Positions 20,160-30,130 are shown, counted from the first letter of the stretch. The stretch: DNA of 64,000 nt from Ruminococcaceae bacterium UBA5295 (GCA_002411365.1 DHSD01000027.1:40606-104605); one strand, 5' to 3'. Made by a program: numbers and translations. The notes: generated by a model from the sequence alone, not told the origin.

Positions 20160-20304
20160 AAAAAGAGAACCGCCGGAAGAAAAATCCTTCCGGCGGTCGA
20201 TCTATAATCAAGCGGTTTAAATATATTGCCCCGCTACAGTATTATATGCATAAAAATGGATTTTGGCCGTTAAAAGCGCCTCGCCGGATTTTCGGAAGTA
20301 CAAT
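20160..20304 (-). ncRNA. Candidate small RNA
   Basis: TTGACA-N17-TATGAT promoter (20311-20339), no credible ORF, strong terminator hairpin at 20169-20197 followed by a T-tract. Confidence 0.4.
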
Positions 20305-20385
20305 GTTCCTATCATAGCTTCCGATTCCCATACTGTCAAGCGAGGCGCTGAAAGTGGCTCTCACACGGAGGTGCCCCCTGTGGCC

Positions 20386-21708
20386 TTAATCAAGGACATA
20401 AACATTCATTGTCCTGCTGCCAAACTCCATGCATTGGCTATACGAAGAGTAATAAAGGTCAGCAATAATACGGCCGCTCATTGCAGCACCGCCTGTATCT
20501 GCCGCAACGGCATAGCCGTAAACGGCACTGCCGTCAGGCGAGCAGATATAAAGCCTTGAGCCATACGGAATCAATTTCGGATTTACAGCAACACGGCCAA
20601 ATGCTGCCGGTAGCCCTGTAGAAGTTGTAGTGCCCGTGCAGTAACATGTGCATGTTCCGTGGTATACTTTGCGGTAAGAAACGGTCTGGCCGTCCTGGTC
20701 TATAAGCGTACCATCGGCGCAAACGGCCGCGCTATCCCTGGTTTTCTGCTTTGTGCCTATAACCACCACTTTATCCACCGGCTGCTTTGTAACAGACGAG
20801 CTGACAATAGAAGAATCAGCTACTTTGCCGTTGCAAATCTTCTGGCGAGTTACAACAGCGCGCACACCGTTTTGGCCATGCGTTTTAACATTTTTTGTGC
20901 CGGCTTCAACGGAGCAGTCTTTTTGTGTAACGGTTGAGTAAGGAACCGCCTGCGTAGAAGTAACATCTTTGTATGAAACACGGATAATATTTATCTTCAT
21001 GCCTTCCGAAACAGATGTTTTAAGGCCAGGCTCAGGTAAGTCTTCCGCCTTAAGTGATATTTTCATCTGATCCAGGGCATTTGAAACACTGCCTTCACCT
21101 ACAACGGCGGAAATTGTTTTGCCATTATCGGCTATGGTTACATGATAGTTGCGCTTCACTGCAATGGACATACCATCGCTCACGGCATCAGAAAGCTTTT
21201 TGGAAGTATCATCGAGCTTTCCTACCACAACTCCAGCTTCTCTGAGCGCGTCCGCAACAGTGTCACCATAATGCGCCAATACGGATTTTCCCTTGCCGTC
21301 TGCAGCAACAGTAACACGCTTAGCCGTTTTGACACTGACAACTATATCTGCCTTGATGTTTTTCTTTTCTCCGCTGCCAGCAAAACCGACCTCGTCATTT
21401 TCCGCGGCTGAAACCCCGGCGCGCTTAAGGATTCTGTACGGGTTCTTCTCCATCTCCTCGGAATCGAGGCTGACAACATTCGTTTCCTTCCCATCAACAA
21501 CAACGGCAGCCTGTTTTGTTGCTGCCATTGCCGTGACAACAGAGCCTACCGTAATGCCAACCATAACAACAAGGGAAACGGCCCTGCGGAGGATTTGCTC
21601 TTTCTGTTCTTTTTCGACAAAAGAGATGGCCGCATAACGGCCAGCGCCGCACAATTTACCAATCAGCTTTTTAAAGCCGGATTTTTTAAGAGACTTCAAT
21701 GTAATCAC
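20386..21708 (-). CDS. YabE-like cell-wall protein (DUF348 repeats, G5 and 3D domains)
   Basis: N-terminal TM helix, three ubiquitin-like repeats (TVADAL..G), G5 (KQPVDKVVVIGTK) and 3D domain (VAVNPKLIPYGS..AADTGGA..IADLY); start uncertain. Confidence 0.88.
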   Translation of the reverse strand: MITLKSLKKSGFKKLIGKLCGAGRYAAISFVEKEQKEQILRRAVSLVVMVGITVGSVVTAMAATKQAAVVVDGKETNVVSLDSEEMEKNPYRILKRAGVSAAENDEVGFAGSGEKKNIKADIVVSVKTAKRVTVAADGKGKSVLAHYGDTVADALREAGVVVGKLDDTSKKLSDAVSDGMSIAVKRNYHVTIADNGKTISAVVGEGSVSNALDQMKISLKAEDLPEPGLKTSVSEGMKINIIRVSYKDVTSTQAVPYSTVTQKDCSVEAGTKNVKTHGQNGVRAVVTRQKICNGKVADSSIVSSSVTKQPVDKVVVIGTKQKTRDSAAVCADGTLIDQDGQTVSYRKVYHGTCTCYCTGTTTSTGLPAAFGRVAVNPKLIPYGSRLYICSPDGSAVYGYAVAADTGGAAMSGRIIADLYYSSYSQCMEFGSRTMNVYVLD

Positions 21709-21796
21709 CCTTTTCCTGAAGCTGCGGCAGGCAGTTTGCTGCGTGTTTTACTATCTGCCGCAAGCCTATTCATCGATATGTTCACTGATGTTGGTT

Positions 21797-21825
21797 ATTA
21801 TATTCGACGAAACGCTGTATGTCAA
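21797..21825 (-). promoter_or_regulatory. Consensus sigma-A promoter of the yabE-like gene
   Basis: TTGACA-N17-TATAAT. Confidence 0.8.
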
Positions 21826-21975
21826 ATGCAACTCGATTAACTTTTTGTGCACATTGTATATATTACAGATTTGAAATATTCTTGCTAAGCATAAATCTTC
21901 ATTTTTTGATTGGCTTTATTCGTTTAAAGGTTTTTAAACAGGTCCCTTTATGTGCACATTGTAAGAAAATGAGCG

Positions 21976-21992
21976 GTTACAATCCTGTTACA
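21976..21992 (-). promoter_or_regulatory. WalR-type direct-repeat box
   Basis: TGTAAC-AGGAT-TGTAAC matches TGTWAH-N5-TGTWAH; upstream of a peptidoglycan-remodelling gene. Confidence 0.55.
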
Positions 21993-22228
21993 AATATTTC
22001 AGCGCTGTTTTAGTTTTATATTTGAAAAAAGTAATAGCCCCTGCACCATGAAAAGATCTTGCCAGTCAAGGCGCGGCGCGGCTTTTCGGCTTATTTCTAA
22101 ATTCGGTTTATATTTGTTAAATGTGTCGATATTTTTTTCACCGCGAATATGATTTTTTAAACAAAAATGCCGGTATGCAACAATATGCACACCGGCTGGA
22201 TTTTCTTTTGTAAAATTAAAGGCTGAAC

Positions 22229-22630
22229 TCAGCGCTTGCTGAACTGCGGAGCGCGGCGGGCAGCTTTAAGGCCGTACTTCTTACGTTCCTTCATTCTTGG
22301 GTCACGTGTTAGCAATCCTGCTTTTTTGAGGATTGGGCGAAGGCCTTCTGAGTTATACTTCAGCAAAGCCCTTGAAATGCCGTGGCGGATAGCACCGGCC
22401 TGACCGGTAACTCCACCGCCAGCCACACGGCAGACCACATCAAACTTTTCGTTTGTCTGTGTAAGCTCAAGCGGCTGGCGGATAATGGCCTTAAGTGTGT
22501 CAAGGCCGAAATAATCGTTGACGTCGCGGTCATTAACAGTGATTTTGCCGGAGCCCTGATAAAGCCTCACACGCGCAACGCTGCTTTTTCTTCTGCCTGT
22601 TCCGTAAAAAAATGGTGCTTTTTCGTACAT
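22229..22630 (-). CDS. rpsI: 30S ribosomal protein S9
   Basis: [12 protein letters not shown] and [19 protein letters not shown] motifs. Confidence 0.99.
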   Translation of the reverse strand: MYEKAPFFYGTGRRKSSVARVRLYQGSGKITVNDRDVNDYFGLDTLKAIIRQPLELTQTNEKFDVVCRVAGGGVTGQAGAIRHGISRALLKYNSEGLRPILKKAGLLTRDPRMKERKKYGLKAARRAPQFSKR

Positions 22631-22645
22631 CAGTTGAATCCTCCC

Positions 22646-23074
22646 TTACAGTTCCCAGGCCTGAGGCTTCTGGGCGGCGTAGGTATGTTCTGCGCCTTCA
22701 AACAGGTGCAGCCTCGTCATGGCATGGCGGCCGATTGTCGTGTCAGGTATCATACCATCTATGGCAAGTTCCATTGCCTTGCATGGTTTTTCTGCCATCA
22801 GCGTTTTATAATTGACTTTTTTCATGTGGCCAATGTAAAGCGTTGGATGATACCAGATTTTTTTCTGTAATTTCTTGCCCGTGAGAACGGCATTCCTGCA
22901 GTTGATGATAACGACGTTGTCGCCGCAATCTTCATGTGGCACAAAAGTGACTTTATGCTTTCCGCGCAGAAGTATGGCGGCCTGAGTGGCAACACGGCCA
23001 AGCGGTTTCCCGGCTGCGTCAATCACGTACCATCTACGCTGGATGTCACCTGCTTTTGGCATATAGGTAGACAT
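22646..23074 (-). CDS. rplM: 50S ribosomal protein L13
   Basis: WYVIDA..LGRVA..LRGKHK..DCGD motif; promoter TTGACA-N17-TAAAAT upstream. Confidence 0.97.
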   Translation of the reverse strand: MSTYMPKAGDIQRRWYVIDAAGKPLGRVATQAAILLRGKHKVTFVPHEDCGDNVVIINCRNAVLTGKKLQKKIWYHPTLYIGHMKKVNYKTLMAEKPCKAMELAIDGMIPDTTIGRHAMTRLHLFEGAEHTYAAQKPQAWEL

Positions 23075-23282
23075 AGATTTCCCTCCTGATTTTGATAAAC
23101 TTGCAACTACACTTGATTTTATCACCGCGCGTGCGATGTGTCAATAGGTCAACGCCGGTTATATTAATTTAGTTTCCGGTACCTCCCGTTTCCTTGTGAT
23201 TGTGCCCCGTTTCTCTCGTTTTCTCAGTGTTCATTTCATTTTAGTGCTGCTTACAAATGCCAGGGCTGCTTCTTTGGCTGCT

Positions 23283-23316
23283 ATTGTAAACTTAATCAAT
23301 CAATATGGTTGACAAT
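23283..23316. promoter_or_regulatory. BirA operator upstream of bioB
   Basis: ATTGTAAAC-N16-GTTGACAAT palindrome overlapping the TTGACA -35 element. Confidence 0.85.
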
Positions 23317-23368
23317 AGCAGCCTATTTGTTTATAGTAATAGTAATTAAAAAATGAAAGGATAATTTT

Positions 23369-24325
23369 ATGAGTTATGTAACCAGCCTGAAAAAAATGGT
23401 ATTGGAAGGATATTTGCCTAATGAGGAAGAAGGCATGCATTTAGCGGAAGAAAATACGGACGAACTTGCAAGTGCAGCTTCTGAGTTACGCCGCCATTTT
23501 ACAGGCGAAAAAATGCACCTGTGTGCCATAGTCAACGCGAAAAACGGGTGCTGCGGGGAAGACTGCAAATTCTGTGCGCAGTCACGCCTCGCAAAAAACG
23601 CCCTGAAAAACTATAAGTTGTTGCCGCCTGAAGAGATGGCGGAAAAAGCAGTTTCAAATTATAAAGACGGCATGGAGCGTTTCGCATTCGTAACGTCTGG
23701 GCGGGCACTGACGGATTATGAAGTTGAAACACTATGTGAAGCCTGCAGGCTAATACGGCAGAAATGCAGCGTAAAACTGTGTGCCTCAAGCGGGCTTCTC
23801 ACATACAACCAGCTGCAGAAACTTCATAATGCCGGCATCACGCGCTATCACTGCAACCTTGAAACATCGCGCAGGTTTTTCCCGAATATCTGCACTACAC
23901 ATACATATGATGAAAAAATCCAGACCATTAAAAATGCAAAGGCTGCCGGCATGGAAATTTGCAGCGGCGGAATCATCGGCCTTGGAGAAAATATGCGCGA
24001 CAGGATCGAAATGGTGCTTACCCAGCGCGCACTCGGTGTTTCGTCAGTCCCCGTAAATGTACTTAACCCTATCCCAGGAACGCCTTTTGAAAAAAATGCC
24101 AGGCTCTCCTATGATGAAATCAGAAAAACAATCTCTGTTTTTCGCTTTCTCCTCCCGAAAGCTGAGATCCGCTTTGCCGGCGGCAGGATACTTACTCCGG
24201 ACAAAGGCCGGCTTGCGATTAAATCCGGATTAAACGCCCTGATTTCCGGCAATATGCTGACTATTTCTGGAATCGGGGCAAAAGATGATATTAAGATAGC
24301 AAAGGAACTTGGTTTTGAAACTTAA
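23369..24325 (+). CDS. bioB: Biotin synthase (radical SAM)
   Basis: CGEDCKFCAQS CxxxCxxC, YHCNLET, ICSGGIIGLGE, VPVN, PIPGTP and RFAGGR motifs. Confidence 0.96.
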   Translation: MSYVTSLKKMVLEGYLPNEEEGMHLAEENTDELASAASELRRHFTGEKMHLCAIVNAKNGCCGEDCKFCAQSRLAKNALKNYKLLPPEEMAEKAVSNYKDGMERFAFVTSGRALTDYEVETLCEACRLIRQKCSVKLCASSGLLTYNQLQKLHNAGITRYHCNLETSRRFFPNICTTHTYDEKIQTIKNAKAAGMEICSGGIIGLGENMRDRIEMVLTQRALGVSSVPVNVLNPIPGTPFEKNARLSYDEIRKTISVFRFLLPKAEIRFAGGRILTPDKGRLAIKSGLNALISGNMLTISGIGAKDDIKIAKELGFET

Positions 24326-24379
24326 ACCGATATTGTATGAAGCTTGGTCTTTTTAAATTACTTTCTACTCTGCGCATTT

Positions 24380-24414
24380 ATTGTAAACATTCAATGTGCT
24401 TGGTGGTTTACAAT
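24380..24414. promoter_or_regulatory. BirA-like palindrome downstream of bioB
   Basis: ATTGTAAAC-N17-GTTTACAAT. Confidence 0.5.
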
Positions 24415-24420
24415 AAAATA

Positions 24421-24459
24421 AAAACAGGGGCAGTTTTTTATGCTGTGCCCTGTTTTTTT
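24421..24459. terminator. Terminator between convergent bioB and DUF1284 genes
   Basis: aaaacagggg...ccctgttttttt hairpin. Confidence 0.65.
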
Positions 24460-24498
24460 ATGTGTTTTAATTTTCCAGTTTGTACTATTAACTGAGTT

Positions 24499-24912
24499 TT
24501 AAACATTTTCGACCGAGTTTTCAACATCTTGTTGTTGACATATGGTTTTCCACAAACAGTCGAAACATATTTTTCCCCTTACACCCGGTGCACGTATGAT
24601 TTTTTCTAAAACAAGGCTCTCGCATTCTGACCATAAAACTGGTATTTCTTCAGTAAAGCCGCATGTTTCGGCCACTTCCGCATCATAGTGTGCAACTTTC
24701 TCCTGAGTCCGGCATACGGTGCCGAGATTATTCGGGCATGCAGCGCATATGCAGTCGATTCCACGGTGAATAACTATTTTCTCATCTGGTTTTTGACAAA
24801 GCAGGTGCTTTATGTTGAACATGTTTTCCACAAATTCACCGTTGTAACCTTTGCCAATAAAATAGTTAAGGCAGAGGACATGGTGTGGACGCAGGCGGAG
24901 CAATTTTTTCAT
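24499..24912 (-). CDS. DUF1284-family putative metal-binding protein
   Basis: LRPHHVLC..GKGY..F, D.ICAACP and C.DC.W...C motifs; overlaps the bioY stop codon. Confidence 0.85.
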   Translation of the reverse strand: MKKLLRLRPHHVLCLNYFIGKGYNGEFVENMFNIKHLLCQKPDEKIVIHRGIDCICAACPNNLGTVCRTQEKVAHYDAEVAETCGFTEEIPVLWSECESLVLEKIIRAPGVRGKICFDCLWKTICQQQDVENSVENV

Positions 24913-25466
24913 GCTTTTTCACTCTTTTCGCTGAAATGTGAAACAATTTTGAAAAGGCGCGGTACAGCTATCACCGATATTACAATTTTTGCCGTATCTC
25001 CGATAAGGAATGGCAATACACAGAGTGCGAGCGATTCCGCAAGGCCGCGTTTTGTTGTAAACATGAACCAGGCAGTGCCGAGAAAATAGCATGCCGCCGT
25101 GCCGAGAACCATGCCAATTACAAGCGGAGCTGCTTTCCGGCCGAAATGGTCCGCAAAAATGCCTGTAATCCATGCGCATACAATATATCCTACAAGGTAC
25201 CCGCCGGTAGGTCCGGCGATAGCAGCAATGCCGCCGTGGAAAAAGGCAAAGACCGGCACTCCTACTGCGCCGAGCAGAAGGTAAACAACCTGGCTCAGCA
25301 CACCGCCAGCCGCACCGAGAATCCCGCCTGCCAGATATACGGCAAGCGTAGCAAGGCATATAGGCACTGGCCCGATTGGGATGGACACCTGCGCCATAAC
25401 GGCAGTCAACGCAGCAAACAAAGCACATAATGTCAAATGAAATAGTCTGTTTTTCTTCATTTTCAT
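24909..25466 (-). CDS. bioY: Biotin ECF transporter S component
   Basis: GPVP, YLLLGAVGVPVFA, GPTGGYLVG and PFLIGD motifs. Confidence 0.95.
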   Translation of the reverse strand: MKMKKNRLFHLTLCALFAALTAVMAQVSIPIGPVPICLATLAVYLAGGILGAAGGVLSQVVYLLLGAVGVPVFAFFHGGIAAIAGPTGGYLVGYIVCAWITGIFADHFGRKAAPLVIGMVLGTAACYFLGTAWFMFTTKRGLAESLALCVLPFLIGDTAKIVISVIAVPRLFKIVSHFSEKSEKA

Positions 25467-25502
25467 CTCTCCTTTCTTTTTATATTACAGAATCAGTGCT
25501 TA

Positions 25503-25536
25503 ATTGTCAACTATATTATGATATTTAGTTGACAAT
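25503..25536. promoter_or_regulatory. BirA operator upstream of bioY
   Basis: ATTGTCAAC-N16-GTTGACAAT with perfect arms. Confidence 0.88.
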
Positions 25537-25797
25537 TTTTGCTGCCGCAGTTTTCCGTATTGATTAAAAAGCCATCATATTATGCTGTACCTGCGTAAAG
25601 TCATGTGATGATTTATCCTGCATTTGTTATATACTATATATAAGTAGGGAATGCAATGATTAACTGATAACGTTACGGCAGGCAAGCAAAATTTTGAAAG
25701 TTGAAAAATAATGGCAAAACTGCCTTTGCATTTCTGGACTTGCATAAAAAATGCCCGCATAAAACACCGGAAAATCCAGCATCCATGCGGGTTTTTA

Positions 25798-25976
25798 TTT
25801 TGGTGGACGCATCGGGACTCGATTCGCGGCGCGCTGCGCGCCTTGGTCGGTCGCGGTTCTGGCGTGCCACCGGCACGCCATTCATTCCCGCTCCCCTTCG
25901 AGCCACTTTCCCATAAAACAAGTAAAGGCACAGCCAAAGCGGCTGTACCCTTTTTGGTGGACGCATCGGGACTCGA
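25798..25976 (-). repeat. 25-bp direct repeat of the tRNA-Val 3' end flanking a palindromic mini-element
   Basis: ttttggtggacgcatcgggactcga at 25798-25822 and 25952-25976. Confidence 0.85.
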
Positions 25977-26031
25977 ACCCAAGACCTCTCGCGTGTGAGG
26001 CGAACGCTCTAACCAGCTGAGCTATGCATCC
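25955..26031 (-). tRNA. tRNA-Val(CAC)
   Basis: GGATGCATAGCTCAGCTGG..CT-CAC-AC..GGTTCGAGTCC..CCA cloverleaf. Confidence 0.95.
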
Positions 26032-26067
26032 GAAAAAAATTTGCGCGTGCTCCGCGCAAATATATAA

Positions 26068-26142
26068 TGGTGACCCGGGCGAGAATTGAACTCACGTTAC
26101 CGCCGTGAAAGGGCGGTGTCTTAACCGCTTGACCACCGGGCC
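26068..26142 (-). tRNA. tRNA-Glu(TTC)
   Basis: GGCCCGGTGGTCAAGCGGTTAAGACACCGCCCT-TTC-ACGGCGG..CCA. Confidence 0.95.
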
Positions 26143-26144
26143 AT

Positions 26145-26221
26145 TGGTAGCGGCAATTGGATTCGAACCAACGACGCTTCGGGTATGAACCGAATGCTCT
26201 AGCCAACTGAGCTATGCCGCC
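26145..26221 (-). tRNA. tRNA-Met(CAT), elongator type
   Basis: GGCGGCATAGCTCAGTTGGCTAGAGC..TT-CAT-AC..CCA; paired 1:72 and no initiator GGG/CCC stem. Confidence 0.92.
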
Positions 26222-26258
26222 ACGTGCACCCCAAATCATAAAGACCGGAGCGTCTATT

Positions 26259-26288
26259 ATTATACTATATTTTTTACAGCGCTGTCAA
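26259..26288 (-). promoter_or_regulatory. sigma-A promoter of the tRNA cluster
   Basis: TTGACA-N18-TATAAT. Confidence 0.7.
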
Positions 26289-26320
26289 GAAGAGAACAGA
26301 AATTCTTTGGCATTTATTTT

Positions 26321-27823
<1,503 letters not shown>

Positions 27824-27985
27824 TTATTTTTACCATACAGAACATTTACCTGCTTGTTTCGCTTTAACGACTATAAATATTTTTATTTTAACATCTGACA
27901 GTTTTTGATGCAAGCGCATTGCAGAATAATTCTGGCCGACTGACTGGCTATACAAAATAAAAGTTTAGTATGCAGTGGGATAATT

Positions 27986-28714
27986 TTAAAGGACCGCCGC
28001 CGTAAAGCTTAACCCTTTCCTGTTTTCACCGCGCATCAGGTACTTTCCGTCCTTAAAGCCCGCATTTACTTTAAGCGTGTCTCCCCTTCCGGTTTCACCG
28101 AGATAGTTTATCTGCACGGTACACGCTTTGCCGCGCATTTCATCTGGGATGAAATCTGTCACGACATCGCCATAAACGGAATTATTCATATGGCCGTTTG
28201 CATCGAGGTCGGAATAAAATACGTCGCGCTCACCTGCAAATGGCAAATCTTCAGGAACGTTGAAGCGGCTCATGCGCTCTTCGGGTTTTATTATGTTTTC
28301 GGGATATATGCCGAAAGGCTTAAGCACCTGCGGGCGCTGCACCTTCCTTGTTTTCGCATCCGCAACGACCGTCGTCTGCATGGCGTCGATAATCAGTCTG
28401 CCGTCTCCATCATAAAATTTAAAATCGCGGTAAAACTGTGCGCCGCCGCGCCCGCACGGATGTGTTTTAATCGTAATCATTTCGTTGTGCGCAGGCATGC
28501 GAATTATTTCCGCGCGCGTGGATATAATGAAAAACACAAATCCCGAAGCTTTCAGCATATCCTCATAGCCCACGTGAAGCACTCCGAGATGCTGCTCGCT
28601 TGTTTCCTGCACAAGGCGCAGTGCAGCGCCAAATTGCAGTTTGTCAGAAGGCCCTACGTCATAAACAGGCACACGCAGGCTGCGGCTGTACTCATCTATC
28701 ATTTTTTTCGTCAT
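27986..28714 (-). CDS. Acyl-ACP thioesterase (double hotdog)
   Basis: SDLDANGHMNNSVY motif; start overlaps the serS stop codon. Confidence 0.85.
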   Translation of the reverse strand: MTKKMIDEYSRSLRVPVYDVGPSDKLQFGAALRLVQETSEQHLGVLHVGYEDMLKASGFVFFIISTRAEIIRMPAHNEMITIKTHPCGRGGAQFYRDFKFYDGDGRLIIDAMQTTVVADAKTRKVQRPQVLKPFGIYPENIIKPEERMSRFNVPEDLPFAGERDVFYSDLDANGHMNNSVYGDVVTDFIPDEMRGKACTVQINYLGETGRGDTLKVNAGFKDGKYLMRGENRKGLSFTAAVL

Positions 28715-29994
28715 GGCTTTATGATATCTGTTCCAACATATTTGCGCAGTACCTCCGGCACTGTGACGCTGCCGTCCGCATTCTGGTACTGCTCAACGAT
28801 TGCAGGCAGCACACGGCTTGTTGCAAGCCCTGAGGCATTAAGTGTATTTACGTAGTGGAGCTTTCCGTCTTTGCCGCGGTACTTGATATTTCCGCGCCTT
28901 GCCTGATACTCACGCGCATTGGATGCAGAGCTTACTTCTTTGTATATGCCCATGCTTGGTATCCAGACTTCGATATCATACGTGCGCGCCATTGAGAACG
29001 AGCAGTCGCCCGCCGCAAGTTTGCTCAGGCGGTAGTGCAGGCCGAGCTCCTGCACCAGCCTTTCGGCTTTACCTACAAGCTCTTTAAATGCCGCGTCCGA
29101 GTTTTCAGGTGTAGTGTACTGAAACATTTCAACTTTATTAAATTGGTGGCCGCGTATCATGCCGCGCTCTTCAGACCGGTAGCTTCCGGCTTCACGCCTG
29201 TAGCATGGCGTGTATGAGATATATTTCTTCGGGAGCTCGTCCTCCGAGAGGATTTCATCGCGGTGGAGGTTAACAAGCGCAGTTTCGGCAGTCGGCAGTA
29301 GGAACTTTTTATCATTGCTCGTAGGGTTCGCTATCCAGTAATCCTCGTCTGTGAATTTTGGGAACTGCCCCGCCGTATAACCGCACTCATACTTCAGCAT
29401 ATGCGGAACAAGGACAAGCTCGTAGCCGTCGCGGATATGCTCGTCAATAAAGAAATTTATAAGTGCCCATTCGAGCCTTGCACCCATGCCGCAGTAAATC
29501 CATGAACCAGCGCCGGCGAGCTTCGCCCCGCGCTTGTAATCTATCATATGAAGGCTTTCGCAGAGTTCAACATGGTCTCTCGGCTTAAAACCTTCAAATT
29601 TCGGCTTTTCCTTATAATAATGTAATGGTTTGTTGTTTTCTTTTCCTCCTGCCTGCACATCATCGTCAGGCATATTAGGCAGGCTGAGTAGCAGCGTTTT
29701 CTGCTGCTCCTTTATCTTATTGAGCTCGGCTGCCTCTTCCTTTACTTTTGAAGAAATTGACTTCATGTGCGCCATCAATTCAGAAGCATCCCCGCCGGAC
29801 TTCTTAATCTGGGGAATCTTTTTGCTTGCCACATTCTGCTCCGCGCGCATAGACTCTACATCTGCCGTGATTTCACGCCGTTTTGCATCTATGGTGAGAA
29901 TATCGTCTACAGTTTTGTCTGCATCGTAATTCCGCTTTTTAGCGTCCGCTTTTATTTTGTCTGGATTCGTGCGTATCAGCTTAATGTCTATCAT
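28711..29994 (-). CDS. serS: Serine--tRNA ligase
   Basis: MIDIKLIR, LPTAET, YRREAGS, RGHQFNKVE and TLNASGLA motifs. Confidence 0.98.
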   Translation of the reverse strand: MIDIKLIRTNPDKIKADAKKRNYDADKTVDDILTIDAKRREITADVESMRAEQNVASKKIPQIKKSGGDASELMAHMKSISSKVKEEAAELNKIKEQQKTLLLSLPNMPDDDVQAGGKENNKPLHYYKEKPKFEGFKPRDHVELCESLHMIDYKRGAKLAGAGSWIYCGMGARLEWALINFFIDEHIRDGYELVLVPHMLKYECGYTAGQFPKFTDEDYWIANPTSNDKKFLLPTAETALVNLHRDEILSEDELPKKYISYTPCYRREAGSYRSEERGMIRGHQFNKVEMFQYTTPENSDAAFKELVGKAERLVQELGLHYRLSKLAAGDCSFSMARTYDIEVWIPSMGIYKEVSSASNAREYQARRGNIKYRGKDGKLHYVNTLNASGLATSRVLPAIVEQYQNADGSVTVPEVLRKYVGTDIIKP

Positions 29995-30090
29995 TTAATT
30001 TTTTCTCTCCTCTTTTCCCGCCAATAAATGCCGGGAACGCTTTAATATATTAAAAGATTCAAATCTTTATTTCCCATACAGGTAAAATGA

Positions 30091-30106
30091 TGTTTCACAT
30101 GAAACA
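30091..30106. promoter_or_regulatory. parS site
   Basis: TGTTTCACATGAAACA just downstream of parB. Confidence 0.9.
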
Positions 30107-30130
30107 TTTAAGTAAACAACCCTGTGGCCT

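Noticed and set aside
21709-21796. c-di-AMP (ydaO) riboswitch before the yabE-like gene
   Set aside because: The leader is too short and lacks the conserved motifs; only one gcggcag/ctgccgc hairpin is present.
25798-25976. Possible CRISPR array
   Set aside because: Only two copies, the repeat is the tRNA 3' end, the spacer is ~130 bp and there are no cas genes.
25575-26239. Several short ORFs over the tRNA cluster and repeat
   Set aside because: They are translations of tRNA and palindromic sequence.
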